From a virus, in IMG/VR virus record IMGVR_UViG_3300025809_002164, positions 64,001 to 128,000 of that record: a DNA stretch of 64,000 nucleotides; one strand, written 5' to 3'. The notes beneath the pieces are model-generated. The model did no database searches. It saw only the letters and a list, made by a program, of their open reading frames with translations, and was not told the origin of the DNA. A program made the translations under genes and the position numbers. This document shows, piece by piece, positions 19,293 to 28,455 of the stretch. Numbering within the stretch: the stretch's first letter is position 1; every line of letters starts with the position of its first letter.

Positions 19293-20147
19293 TTATTGTA
19301 TTTTGTGTCCTTGGGTTTTCAACAAAAATCTATTCCATTTATTTTCTAACATATGCTCTTGATGTTTTACGACTTGATCCTCGTTCTCCCATTTTGTTTG
19401 ATTGATTGTTACTGATGGGCGAATGGAGGGTATGAAATATATTGGAGCTAACCCTCTCAACTTGTCACAGAAATGCCAATGCTCTAACTGACCTTCGGAA
19501 AACCATTCAGCCTGATTAAAGTATTCACTCTTAATAAAAACAAAACCTCCAAATGATCTGTACACATCGATTGGTTTATTCTGATTAAATAACTCTCTAT
19601 CAAGCTTGCGGTAGAATGGGTTGGAGCTCCAAGTCATGCATTGATTTAAGTCGTGATCAACTAGGCTCCAGCTATCATAGTACGAGGTTAAATCTCTTGA
19701 TCCCATTTTACAAGGAACATTTTGTCTAATGTTTGGTGTAAGCATTGAGAAATTTAAATTCAAAAAATTGAAATAATCATTAATTATATTTGGACTAAAC
19801 TCTACATCGCTATCGAGCACGATTGTAAAATCAGAATCAACAGGTTTGCCTAGTGCGGCCATGCTATTTCTAATTTTAGCCATCTTTACAACCCTAGCTG
19901 ACTCCATTGTTGAGCCGTAAGATTTTTCGTTTAAGGTTTCAGACTTTAGCTCGCCGTTCTTATTCTCAATCCACTCGGATAAAATTCTAGCAGTATTATC
20001 TTTCGAGTCATTTTCGTAAAAAAAATATTCAAATTCTGCATTTGTAATATCCTCCATCAAGTCTAGTGATGATAAAGTTTTATCTATGTAATCCTCTGAA
20101 TCTCTAAATAAACTAAAAACGGAAATTCGGTATTTTTTTATTGACAT
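19293..20147 (-). CDS. GT-A glycosyltransferase (ANP1/GT62-like)
   Basis: LFRDSE, YENDSKDNT, MA.IRN, LDSDV, YYDSW, SFGG, EH. Confidence 0.7.
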   Translation of the reverse strand: MSIKKYRISVFSLFRDSEDYIDKTLSSLDLMEDITNAEFEYFFYENDSKDNTARILSEWIENKNGELKSETLNEKSYGSTMESARVVKMAKIRNSMAALGKPVDSDFTIVLDSDVEFSPNIINDYFNFLNLNFSMLTPNIRQNVPCKMGSRDLTSYYDSWSLVDHDLNQCMTWSSNPFYRKLDRELFNQNKPIDVYRSFGGFVFIKSEYFNQAEWFSEGQLEHWHFCDKLRGLAPIYFIPSIRPSVTINQTKWENEDQVVKHQEHMLENKWNRFLLKTQGHKIQ

Positions 20148-20295
20148 AATCTATAATCTATATATAATCTATAGTATTATATTACCAAGGACATATATAG
20201 TCTATTTATTATTAATATATATTATATATAACCTATTAAAGTACAGAGTACTTTATTTTCCGATAATTGATTAATTGAAAAGCATGATTATAATC

Positions 20296-20324
20296 TTGAC
20301 TTTACTTATTTTATGAGGTAATAT
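20296..20324 (+). promoter_or_regulatory. sigma70-type promoter for the plus-strand replication block
   Basis: TTGACT-N17-TAATAT, 12 nt before the ATG at 20337. Confidence 0.7.
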
Positions 20325-20336
20325 ATAAACCATATT

Positions 20337-20621
20337 ATGAATAACGAAATCAAAAACTATATTGTTTCTTCTGCAGGATGGGAGCTCACCGTTGACCACA
20401 CAGATCATGAATCTGCGGCCACATCAGCATTGATAATGGCAATGTCTATATTTGGTGACAACCTGAAGGTTTCAACCGTAATGATGGTAGATGTTGTGAA
20501 TTCAGATGGAAATACAAACACTTCACTGACTGAGTTCGTTCCTACATATCTGGCATTCAAAAGAATGGGAGCCCTCGCTATATCTAAAGATTTGAAGGAA
20601 ATAACTATATCGACTAATTAA
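20337..20621 (+). CDS. hypothetical protein
   Basis: 94-aa ORF directly downstream of the promoter. Confidence 0.7.
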   Translation: MNNEIKNYIVSSAGWELTVDHTDHESAATSALIMAMSIFGDNLKVSTVMMVDVVNSDGNTNTSLTEFVPTYLAFKRMGALAISKDLKEITISTN

Positions 20622-20624
20622 TTA

Positions 20625-21164
20625 ATGAAATTAAATATATTGAAAAACTCAGGATCAATTAAGATACCTAAAAACAACGGAGATGCGGGGTACGACTTAA
20701 TAGCTTCTAGTGACCCTAGGGTTGTAGGATCTATATACCAAGGTCTTTACTATACATCCATATCGCACATAGAATATGATACTGAAATTAAAATTCAACC
20801 AGAATTAATTAATGAAAAATACGAATTCTTCATGTTAATGTTCCCTAGGTCTAGCATCAATAAAACAAACCTACATTTAGCTAACTCTGTAGGGGTTATA
20901 GACTCTGGATATACCGGAACAATTAAAGTATGCTTTAAATATTCGATGCAACCTGAGGATATGAAAATAGTTGAAGGCAAAACCTTTAGGGGCAATAATT
21001 CAAAAGGTATAGTTTGTTCAATAAATCCTCAAAGAATCTACCAAAAAGGGGACAAAATTTCTCAACTTATTCCTTGCAAACATGAAGATCTTTTAATAAA
21101 CTATGTAGATGAACTTAATCAATCATCAAGAAGTAGTAATGGATTTGGGAGCACAGGAAAATGA
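20625..21164 (+). CDS. dut: dUTPase (trimeric type)
   Basis: DAGYDL, FPRSS, NSVGVIDSGY.G, GDKISQL, R.SNGFGSTG. Confidence 0.95.
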   Translation: MKLNILKNSGSIKIPKNNGDAGYDLIASSDPRVVGSIYQGLYYTSISHIEYDTEIKIQPELINEKYEFFMLMFPRSSINKTNLHLANSVGVIDSGYTGTIKVCFKYSMQPEDMKIVEGKTFRGNNSKGIVCSINPQRIYQKGDKISQLIPCKHEDLLINYVDELNQSSRSSNGFGSTGK

Positions 21165-21763
21165 ATAAACTAAAACAGCTAGAGGACAATGTGTTAATCT
21201 CTCATATTAAAAATCAGTCAAATACTGAAGAATGTCTTTCTGAGTTAGTGAATAGGCATTCAGGTTTATGTATATCAATGATAAATGGATATGTATCCAG
21301 TAAGGACAACGAGAGCTTAAGGCTTGAATTAATTAAAGAAAAAGAGTACCAAATCTACAATTCCGCATTAAAATTTGACCCACTAAAAGGATCTAAATTT
21401 AGTACATATCTTGGCAATGAAATAAAATGGAAATGCTTAAATATTTACAATAAAAATAAAAAACGAAAAACCATACAGGTTGAAGAGAACTTGATTAATT
21501 ACTTAAATTATCACAATCAGGAAGAAAAAAGTGTTGACAATAGTGAGATTTTTGGTAATATAATACAACAAGCAAAATCACACTCAGATCCAAGAGTGTT
21601 TGAGATTTTCACATTAAGATATGTCGAAGGAAAAAACAATTCAGTAATGCCATGGAAGAATATAAGTTCAAAACTTAAGATGAGCATACAGGGTTGCATA
21701 AACATACACGACTTAGCACTAAAACAATTTTCTACAAAAATCAAAAGAGAGATAAACCAATAA
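21161..21763 (+). CDS. phage sigma70-family sigma factor
   Basis: region 2-like KFDPLKGSKFSTYL; C-terminal HTH IFTLRY...WK.IS.KL.MS.QGC..IH. Confidence 0.8.
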   Translation: MNKLKQLEDNVLISHIKNQSNTEECLSELVNRHSGLCISMINGYVSSKDNESLRLELIKEKEYQIYNSALKFDPLKGSKFSTYLGNEIKWKCLNIYNKNKKRKTIQVEENLINYLNYHNQEEKSVDNSEIFGNIIQQAKSHSDPRVFEIFTLRYVEGKNNSVMPWKNISSKLKMSIQGCINIHDLALKQFSTKIKREINQ

Positions 21764-22197
21764 TGATGAACAAATACATAGCCATAGGCAACTTAACGCA
21801 AGATCCACAATGCAAGGATGTTGGAGAAACTAAAGTTTGTAACTTTGGTATAGCAATAAACGAATTCTTTTATAAGAATCAACAAAAACAAAAAACTACA
21901 CTATTTATAGATATAGAAACATGGAGCAAGCAGGCTGAAAACTGTGTTAAGTTTCTAAAGAAAGGCAGCAAGGTTGCGGTAGAGGGTAAATTAAAAATGA
22001 ACTCATGGGAAAAGAACGGCCAAAAGTTTACAAAAGTTTTTTGTTTGTCTGATAAGGTACACTTCTTAGGGTCTGACGAACAGAACTCAACGAAAGCTCC
22101 TAATGCTAAAGAAGCAAAGAAAGAGGTCTCCCTTTCCTCGAGCTCAACTAGCAATAATGATGTCGATGATGTTGATATAGACGACATACCTTTTTAA
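21763..22197 (+). CDS. ssb: single-stranded DNA-binding protein
   Basis: MNK..IGNLTQDP, W..QAE...FLKKGS.V.VEG.L, acidic tail DDIPF. Start taken at the TAATG overlap (21763). Confidence 0.95.
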   Translation: MMNKYIAIGNLTQDPQCKDVGETKVCNFGIAINEFFYKNQQKQKTTLFIDIETWSKQAENCVKFLKKGSKVAVEGKLKMNSWEKNGQKFTKVFCLSDKVHFLGSDEQNSTKAPNAKEAKKEVSLSSSSTSNNDVDDVDIDDIPF

Positions 22198-22199
22198 TA

Positions 22200-23291
22200 A
22201 TGGAAAACATAATATACAAAGGTGCAATAAACTCATTAAGCTTTGGTAATGTATCTTACAATATACTAAGAGAACTTTACAGAAAGAAAACAAATGTTGC
22301 CTTTTTTCCAATAGGAGAAAACTTAGACTTTAGTGCGTTTGATAAAGTAGATCAAGGGTTTAGGGATTGGGTTATATCTATCTCTCAGAATAGATTCCAT
22401 TTAGTAAATAAAGATTATCACACATTAACTCAGTGGCATATTAATGGGGCAGAAAATAGAATATCTAAAAGCCAGACATTATTCTCTTTTTATGAGACAG
22501 ACCAACCCACCCCAACAGAGAAAGCTCTAGTCGGCCTCCAGGATAACTGTATATTTTCCAGCAAGCATGCATACGACTCGTTTAAGAGTGTTGGCTGTGA
22601 TAACATACACTATGTACCTATCGGCTTCGACGAAGACTTTACAGCTAGCAATGATGAGTACCTACCCAATAAGGTACACTTTGGTTTAAGTGGCAAATTT
22701 GAGAAAAGAAAAAATACCGCCCAGATAATTAGAAATTGGGCCAAAAAATATGGAAATAATTTTGACTACCAACTCTCATGCTGTATAACTAATCCGTTCT
22801 TTAAACCAGAGCAAATGAACCAAGTTATCAATCAAACCTTAGAGGGTAAAACTTATGGCAACATAAACTTTTTACCTAGATTAAAAACCAATTCTGAGGT
22901 TAACGAATTAATAAATGCGGTAGACATTGACCTTACAGGGCTTAGTGGAGCTGAAGGCTGGAACCTTCCAGCCTTTAATTCGACCGCTTTAGGTAAGTGG
23001 AGCATAGTGATGAACCACACATCTCACAAGGATTGGGCTAATAAGAAAAATTGCATATTGGTCGAGCCAGACAATGTGGTTGATATATACGATGGATCTT
23101 TCTTTACTAAGGGTTCGCCGTTTAATCAAGGAACCATGAATATGATTTCAGATGAAAAAATGTTAGACTGTTTCGAGAAATCTGAAAAGTTTTATGGAAA
23201 AAAGAATAAAGAAGGTTTAAAATTACAAGAACAATTCACATATAAACAAACATTAAATAATATATTAGAAATTATAAACAATGAAAAATAA
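22200..23291 (+). CDS. GT-B (GT4-like) glycosyltransferase
   Basis: FYET, VPIGFD, GKFEKRKN, S.AEGWNLPAF. Confidence 0.8.
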   Translation: MENIIYKGAINSLSFGNVSYNILRELYRKKTNVAFFPIGENLDFSAFDKVDQGFRDWVISISQNRFHLVNKDYHTLTQWHINGAENRISKSQTLFSFYETDQPTPTEKALVGLQDNCIFSSKHAYDSFKSVGCDNIHYVPIGFDEDFTASNDEYLPNKVHFGLSGKFEKRKNTAQIIRNWAKKYGNNFDYQLSCCITNPFFKPEQMNQVINQTLEGKTYGNINFLPRLKTNSEVNELINAVDIDLTGLSGAEGWNLPAFNSTALGKWSIVMNHTSHKDWANKKNCILVEPDNVVDIYDGSFFTKGSPFNQGTMNMISDEKMLDCFEKSEKFYGKKNKEGLKLQEQFTYKQTLNNILEIINNEK

Positions 23292-23487
23292 TTACACACT
23301 AAGAGAAGAGGGTAACAGAATATTCATGTGCTGCGGCAAGGCTGGATGCCCGAGCGTAGCTCTAAGCGATGAAGGTCTTATTGAAATTACTGATGATTTT
23401 GGAAACACAGTTAAAATGAAAACTCAAGAGGCTGAACTCATTAAGGGTGCGGTAGAAAAACTTTCCAAAAGCACCAGCAAAGATTAG
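23281..23487 (+). CDS. small Cys-motif protein
   Basis: CCGKAGCPSV...ITDDFG; translationally coupled to neighbours. Confidence 0.7.
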   Translation: MKNNYTLREEGNRIFMCCGKAGCPSVALSDEGLIEITDDFGNTVKMKTQEAELIKGAVEKLSKSTSKD

Positions 23488-23488
23488 A

Positions 23489-23707
23489 GTGAAAAAGCCT
23501 AGCAACGAAGTTATATTATGCTGTCCTTCTGTACCATGGAATCCATGTTGCCCGTCTCTAAAAATAAATGAAGAGAAGAGTAAGTTTACAATAACTGATG
23601 ACTATGACAAGACCATAACAATAGACAATAAAGATATACCTAAATTAATAAATGACATTAATAGAATTACTAGCATGCATATCCCTAATGTGGATAATCA
23701 AGGATAG
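23489..23707 (+). CDS. small Cys-motif protein, paralogue of the preceding gene
   Basis: CC...CCPSL...ITDDYD; GTG start. Confidence 0.6.
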   Translation: MKKPSNEVILCCPSVPWNPCCPSLKINEEKSKFTITDDYDKTITIDNKDIPKLINDINRITSMHIPNVDNQG

Positions 23708-23987
23708 TTATATAACTTTAAAACCTAGAGAATTTTTAAAATCTAAATCTAAATTCTTAAATAAATTATTAAGCTGTTCACTATGCCTTGGATTCTGGAT
23801 AGGCTTTATACCAGTATTAGTAGATATGTTCTTATTAAATTTCCAGCCAACAAATAAAGAAATTGCAAGAGTAAGCTTTTACCCTCTAGCGACAGCAGGA
23901 GCATGCTGGGTTGCCGATTCATTACTCAATATGGTTCAAGAAATATGGGTATATTACAAGAACATAAGAGAAGAAAATAATAAATAA
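23652..23987 (+). CDS. small membrane protein with a CxxC motif (DUF1360-like)
   Basis: hydrophobic segments; LLSCSLCLGFWIG. Confidence 0.65.
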   Translation: MTLIELLACISLMWIIKDSYITLKPREFLKSKSKFLNKLLSCSLCLGFWIGFIPVLVDMFLLNFQPTNKEIARVSFYPLATAGACWVADSLLNMVQEIWVYYKNIREENNK

Positions 23988-24021
23988 TTTGAAAAACAAA
24001 ACATAAAAAATATTATAAAAT

Positions 24022-24450
24022 ATGAACTTAGAAATCGACCCAAGATACAGTACATATTCACTCTCTATAATACTTCACTTAATTCACAATAATGAAGATT
24101 ACAAGAATGAGTGGATTAAAAAATACCCCAAAACAGAAAGCTTCGCTACAAACTTTTTTAATAACGAAAATTGCGGATGCAGACCCAAGCTAGTAAGTCA
24201 ATACAAAAAAGACAGATTTCATGCAGACGTAATGACGGTAAATTTTATAAATTCAAACGAAGATGTAATTGATTTCGATAAGTTCTGCGAAGAGAATGGG
24301 GGGCAAGATTTAACTGGTCATGTTTTTGCAATTCCAGCATCAGAAGGTCACTATCAGGATTTTCTTGCAGCAATTCAACAAAAAAATGCAACTTTCTCTC
24401 ATTTTAACACAATCCAGATTAACGAAAAGATATTGTTAACATTTTTCTAA
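24022..24450 (+). CDS. hypothetical protein
   Basis: 142-aa ORF containing NCGCR. Confidence 0.7.
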   Translation: MNLEIDPRYSTYSLSIILHLIHNNEDYKNEWIKKYPKTESFATNFFNNENCGCRPKLVSQYKKDRFHADVMTVNFINSNEDVIDFDKFCEENGGQDLTGHVFAIPASEGHYQDFLAAIQQKNATFSHFNTIQINEKILLTFF

Positions 24451-24830
24451 TGCCTATTTATACATTTTCTCACCCCAAGAGCGGAAAAACTATTGATTTA
24501 TTCTTCTCTATGAAGGATGAAAAAAAATATACCGACAGCGATGGAACTAGCTGGATAAGGGAGTATTTATCACCACAATTAAACACTAGCGGATCAGTGG
24601 ACCCATGGGACAGTAAGAGTTTTGTAAGTAAAACTAACAACAAAGGAACATTAGGAGATTTACTAGACAGAAGCTCCGACCTGTCAAGTGCTAGAGCCCA
24701 GCAAAACGGCGGGGTGGACCCTGTTAAGGAAAAATATTACGAAAACTATTCTAAAGAACGTAATGGAGCAACTCATAGAGATAAAATCCCAAAAACTTTC
24801 GAAAATAAACACATAAAAATAGATACATGA
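24450..24830 (+). CDS. hypothetical protein with a degenerate FmdB-like N-terminus
   Basis: MPIYTF.HPKSG start resembles FmdB zinc-ribbon proteins, but the cysteines are absent. Confidence 0.55.
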   Translation: MPIYTFSHPKSGKTIDLFFSMKDEKKYTDSDGTSWIREYLSPQLNTSGSVDPWDSKSFVSKTNNKGTLGDLLDRSSDLSSARAQQNGGVDPVKEKYYENYSKERNGATHRDKIPKTFENKHIKIDT

Positions 24831-25375
24831 GTATACAAATATATAAGCCCAATAAAAGTAACTCAGGGTTTGCTTTCAGTTTTTATACTGGAGAAAACTT
24901 CAAAGATAAATCTCCGATATTATTTATTAATGCCATAGCTCAACACTCTTGGGACGATTCAAGAAAGGTTGGTTCATTTTCTGGGAACAAAAAAAACCAA
25001 GAAAAAAATATAAGTATTAAATTCAATCAATTCGAGTGCGGGTCAATAGTTAGCTCTATAATCAACAGGTTCGAGTGGAATACATATCACTCATTTGAAG
25101 ATAATAGAACCCAAATAAAGCTATCTCCATGGGATAAAGAAATATCAACAACTAGAATTAATCAAAAGACAAAAGAATCATATCAAGAAAAGTATAAAGT
25201 TCCCGCATTCGGTCTATCTATAACAAGAAATGGAAGCCAGACATTTAAAATACCGCTAGAGCCTGGAGAAGCTCAATGCTTAAGAATTTTATGTGAAGAA
25301 ATCGTAAAAAAATCTTGTGAGCATAATGTTTATAAATCTACAAAAAAGGTAGAGCCAGAAGAATACGAATTTTAA
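24827..25375 (+). CDS. hypothetical protein, possibly nucleic-acid binding
   Basis: 182-aa ORF with an acidic EEYEF tail in a replication context. Confidence 0.6.
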   Translation: MSIQIYKPNKSNSGFAFSFYTGENFKDKSPILFINAIAQHSWDDSRKVGSFSGNKKNQEKNISIKFNQFECGSIVSSIINRFEWNTYHSFEDNRTQIKLSPWDKEISTTRINQKTKESYQEKYKVPAFGLSITRNGSQTFKIPLEPGEAQCLRILCEEIVKKSCEHNVYKSTKKVEPEEYEF

Positions 25376-27289
25376 ATGAAAAAATTAAAAGTATTAATTC
25401 ACAGCAATCACTCTCGAGCTAAAACAGGTTTTGGTAAACATTTAAAAAACTTAATCACATATTTGTATAAAACAAAAAAATACGATATCATAGAATTAGC
25501 AAACGGCAAACAAGAAAACGATCCTTCTCTTGCTACTATGCCTTGGAAATGCCTAGGCTCTCTACCTAGTGACCCTAGATTAATACAGGAATGTAACTCA
25601 GATCCCAACAAGGGCAGGCTGGCCAGTTACGGCCACTACATGATAGATCAAGCGATCAAGAATGAAAAGCCTGATGTGTATTTAGGGGTAGAAGATATAT
25701 GGGGCTTAGAGGGGTTATGGAAAAAAAAGTGGTGGAAAAAAATACACTCAATAGTATGGACCCCCATTGATAGTGTTCCGTTATTGGATAAACATATAGA
25801 GGGTGCATTAAATTCCAAGAAGATGATAGTTCAAGCTTCCTTTGCGATGAAAGCTCTAGAGGAAAAGGGTATAAAAAATACAGAGCTACTCCCGGTACCC
25901 CTAGACCCATCTAATTTTTTCAAGATAAGCGATACTGATAAACTAAATCTAAGACTTTTAAATAGTATAGGCAAGGATGACTTTATAATCGGTTTTGTTT
26001 TTCGCAATCAACTGAGGAAAAGTGTACCAAACCTACTAGAAGGATTTAAAACTTTTATTAAAAATAATCCTGGAACAAATGCAAAATTATTATTCCACAC
26101 ACACTGGAATGAAGGCTGGGACATTCCGAGGTTATTAAAAGAAAAAAACATAGATCCTAAATTAGTATTAACCACTTACTTTTGTGATAAATGTAATAAA
26201 TATGAAATAAAACCATTCTCAGGCCAGGAACTAGACTGCAAGTTTTGCGGATCTAAAAAGTCCCAACAGACATCTCAAATAAACAGGGGAGTTTCCGAGT
26301 CTCAATTGAATGAAATTTACAATTTAATGGATGTATATTGCCATCCATTTACATCAGGAGGTCAAGAGATACCAATCCAAGAAGCGAAACTTTGTGAAAT
26401 TATAACCCTAGTTACTAATTATTCATGCGGAGAAGATTACAGTTCTATAGAATCTGGAGGCCTACCATTAACTTGGAGTGAATACAGAGAGCCAGGGACT
26501 CAATTCATTAAAGCTTCAACCGATAGCTCTAGTATAGAGTCTCAGTTAAAAGTTGTTTTTAATATGAGTAAAAAAGATAGAAGTTCCATGGGCAAGATTG
26601 CAAGAAAATTCACTATAGATTTTTGCTCAATTGATTCCGTTTGCTCTAAGTTTGATGATATTATATCTACAGTCACTCCCTCCGATTGGGATTTCAATCT
26701 AGATTACGAAGTTAAGAACGACACATACAATCCCCCTGAAATCAAAGAGGACAGAGAGTGGGTTATTGATTTGTATAAAAATATACTTAAAATTAATGCA
26801 GAGGAGGAGGATGTGGCTGGAATAAACCATTGGGTCTCCAGGCTTAAATCAGACTTAAACAGGCAGGCAGTCTATAATTATTTTATAGATGTAGCCAGAA
26901 AAGATAACTCAGAAAATAATAAAGTTCCATTTGAGGAGACCTTAGATCCAGAAGATAAAGGCAAAAGGATACTATTTGCCTTGCCCGGCTCAAGTATAGA
27001 TGTATTTAATTCAACATCTTTATTGAAATATATAAAAGACAAGTACCCAGATAATAATATTTATTATGCCACTGATAAAGAAAATTTTGAAATTCTTTTT
27101 GGTAACCCATATATACATAAATTAATTCAATACGACCCAATAATGGAAAATTTTTCATGGGCAGAAGGTCAAGGATCTCACGAAGGGTTCTTCAATTTTG
27201 TATTAATACCCCACACCAACACCCATAAGGCTCCTAACTTTATACACGGAGATAAACATAAAATAGAATACGATATAAATTATGCATAA
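25376..27289 (+). CDS. multidomain glycosyltransferase: GT4-like with Zn-ribbon insert and a C-terminal GT9-like N-domain
   Basis: TGFG, FRNQLRK..P.L, CDKC...CKFC, YN.MDVY.HPF.SGGQEIPIQEA; C-terminus RILF...DVF..TSLLKYIK.KYP...ILFGNPYI. Confidence 0.8.
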   Translation: MKKLKVLIHSNHSRAKTGFGKHLKNLITYLYKTKKYDIIELANGKQENDPSLATMPWKCLGSLPSDPRLIQECNSDPNKGRLASYGHYMIDQAIKNEKPDVYLGVEDIWGLEGLWKKKWWKKIHSIVWTPIDSVPLLDKHIEGALNSKKMIVQASFAMKALEEKGIKNTELLPVPLDPSNFFKISDTDKLNLRLLNSIGKDDFIIGFVFRNQLRKSVPNLLEGFKTFIKNNPGTNAKLLFHTHWNEGWDIPRLLKEKNIDPKLVLTTYFCDKCNKYEIKPFSGQELDCKFCGSKKSQQTSQINRGVSESQLNEIYNLMDVYCHPFTSGGQEIPIQEAKLCEIITLVTNYSCGEDYSSIESGGLPLTWSEYREPGTQFIKASTDSSSIESQLKVVFNMSKKDRSSMGKIARKFTIDFCSIDSVCSKFDDIISTVTPSDWDFNLDYEVKNDTYNPPEIKEDREWVIDLYKNILKINAEEEDVAGINHWVSRLKSDLNRQAVYNYFIDVARKDNSENNKVPFEETLDPEDKGKRILFALPGSSIDVFNSTSLLKYIKDKYPDNNIYYATDKENFEILFGNPYIHKLIQYDPIMENFSWAEGQGSHEGFFNFVLIPHTNTHKAPNFIHGDKHKIEYDINYA

Positions 27290-28424
27290 ACTAGAAAGCT
27301 TCGCTCTATCATCTGGGTCTAAAATTGAAAAACCTTTCATAGAACAGTGCTTCTTTCCTATATTGGAAAAGAAATTTATATGTATTAGTCAGAAATCAGA
27401 AAGCGAATCTAAGAAATACAACTTTTTTGATGATGTAATTTTTCATATAAAACCTTTCTTGGAAAGAAACGGAATATCTATAGTTGAGATCGGGAGTAAT
27501 AAATCTAGGCCAACTTTTTATTCTAAGACTTATTCAAATTTAACCACACTTCAGTCTAGTTATTTAATTAATAAATCAATATTATATCTAGGCAACTATA
27601 ATTTGCATGCGAACATAGCTGCTCACTTTAATAAGAAAGTAATATTTCCATCAAACAATGATTTCACTGAGACTTTTAAACCTTATTGGTCTAAGAAAGA
27701 TTTGTGCAGCATAATCACTCCAGACCTTAAAATTAAGCCTACCTTCCAGAACGAAGAAAGCCCTAAGACTATAAATAAAATCAACCCAGAAGATGTCGCC
27801 TGCGAAGTTCTAGACCTACTAGAAATACCTCACAACCTTCAGAACATTCGTACAGTTTTCCTAGGGGAACTATACAAAGATCCGATCATAGATTTAATTC
27901 CCGAAGAATTCAACGTTAATGCAATGAATATATCTGGTCCAGTAAACATCAGGTTTGATAAAGTTTTTAATCCCCAATTTCTGAATCTTTGCGAGTCTCT
28001 TAAATTAATTAATATAATAACAGATAAAGTTATACCTGTAGAGTATATTAAAAATATAATAAACAACATAAACTCAATAACATTTTTTGTAAACTCAAAA
28101 ACCACAGAAGACGAAATGAATATCATGCAGTCCATAGGTAAACCTTTAGTTTTATTATGTAAAGAATCTAAAAACATAGACAAACTCAGGCTCAAATTTA
28201 TAGACTACCCCATTAAACTATTTACGACATTAACAAAAAAAGATTTAAACCAGCCGGTTCTTAGTGATTTAAAATTTCTAAGCAAGAAAAACATAATAAG
28301 CAAAGGTAATGTATTCAACTCTTATTTATCATTAAGTTTAAATAAAAACGTTTCATCTATAACTAATTCTAAAGAAGTCTGGGAAGACTTGCCATATTTT
28401 AGAATTTTTAGAGAAAAAGCTTGA
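27282..28424 (+). CDS. GT9 (heptosyltransferase-like) C-terminal-domain protein
   Basis: MHKLESFA, FICI...K.Y.FF..VI, IVEIG, YLG...H..IAA. Confidence 0.55.
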   Translation: MHKLESFALSSGSKIEKPFIEQCFFPILEKKFICISQKSESESKKYNFFDDVIFHIKPFLERNGISIVEIGSNKSRPTFYSKTYSNLTTLQSSYLINKSILYLGNYNLHANIAAHFNKKVIFPSNNDFTETFKPYWSKKDLCSIITPDLKIKPTFQNEESPKTINKINPEDVACEVLDLLEIPHNLQNIRTVFLGELYKDPIIDLIPEEFNVNAMNISGPVNIRFDKVFNPQFLNLCESLKLINIITDKVIPVEYIKNIINNINSITFFVNSKTTEDEMNIMQSIGKPLVLLCKESKNIDKLRLKFIDYPIKLFTTLTKKDLNQPVLSDLKFLSKKNIISKGNVFNSYLSLSLNKNVSSITNSKEVWEDLPYFRIFREKA

Positions 28425-28449
28425 CCTAACAATACATATGTGGTATTGT
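28421..28449 (+). promoter_or_regulatory. sigma70-type promoter
   Basis: TTGACC-N17-TATTGT with extended -10 TG, 6 nt before the ATG at 28456. Confidence 0.6.
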
Positions 28450-28455
28450 ATTTAG

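Noticed and set aside
503-20147. Bacterial O-antigen/capsule locus, or a giant eukaryotic virus origin
   Set aside because: No wzx/wzy/wzm/wzt or housekeeping genes. The cluster is contiguous with a TP901-type TMP, a sigma factor and bacterial-type ssb, which indicate a tailed phage.
21694-21762. Longer N-terminus for ssb; likewise the track starts at 13618, 51858 and 51701
   Set aside because: Homology, stop/start overlaps and promoter motifs favour starts at 21763, 13597, 51729 and 51785.
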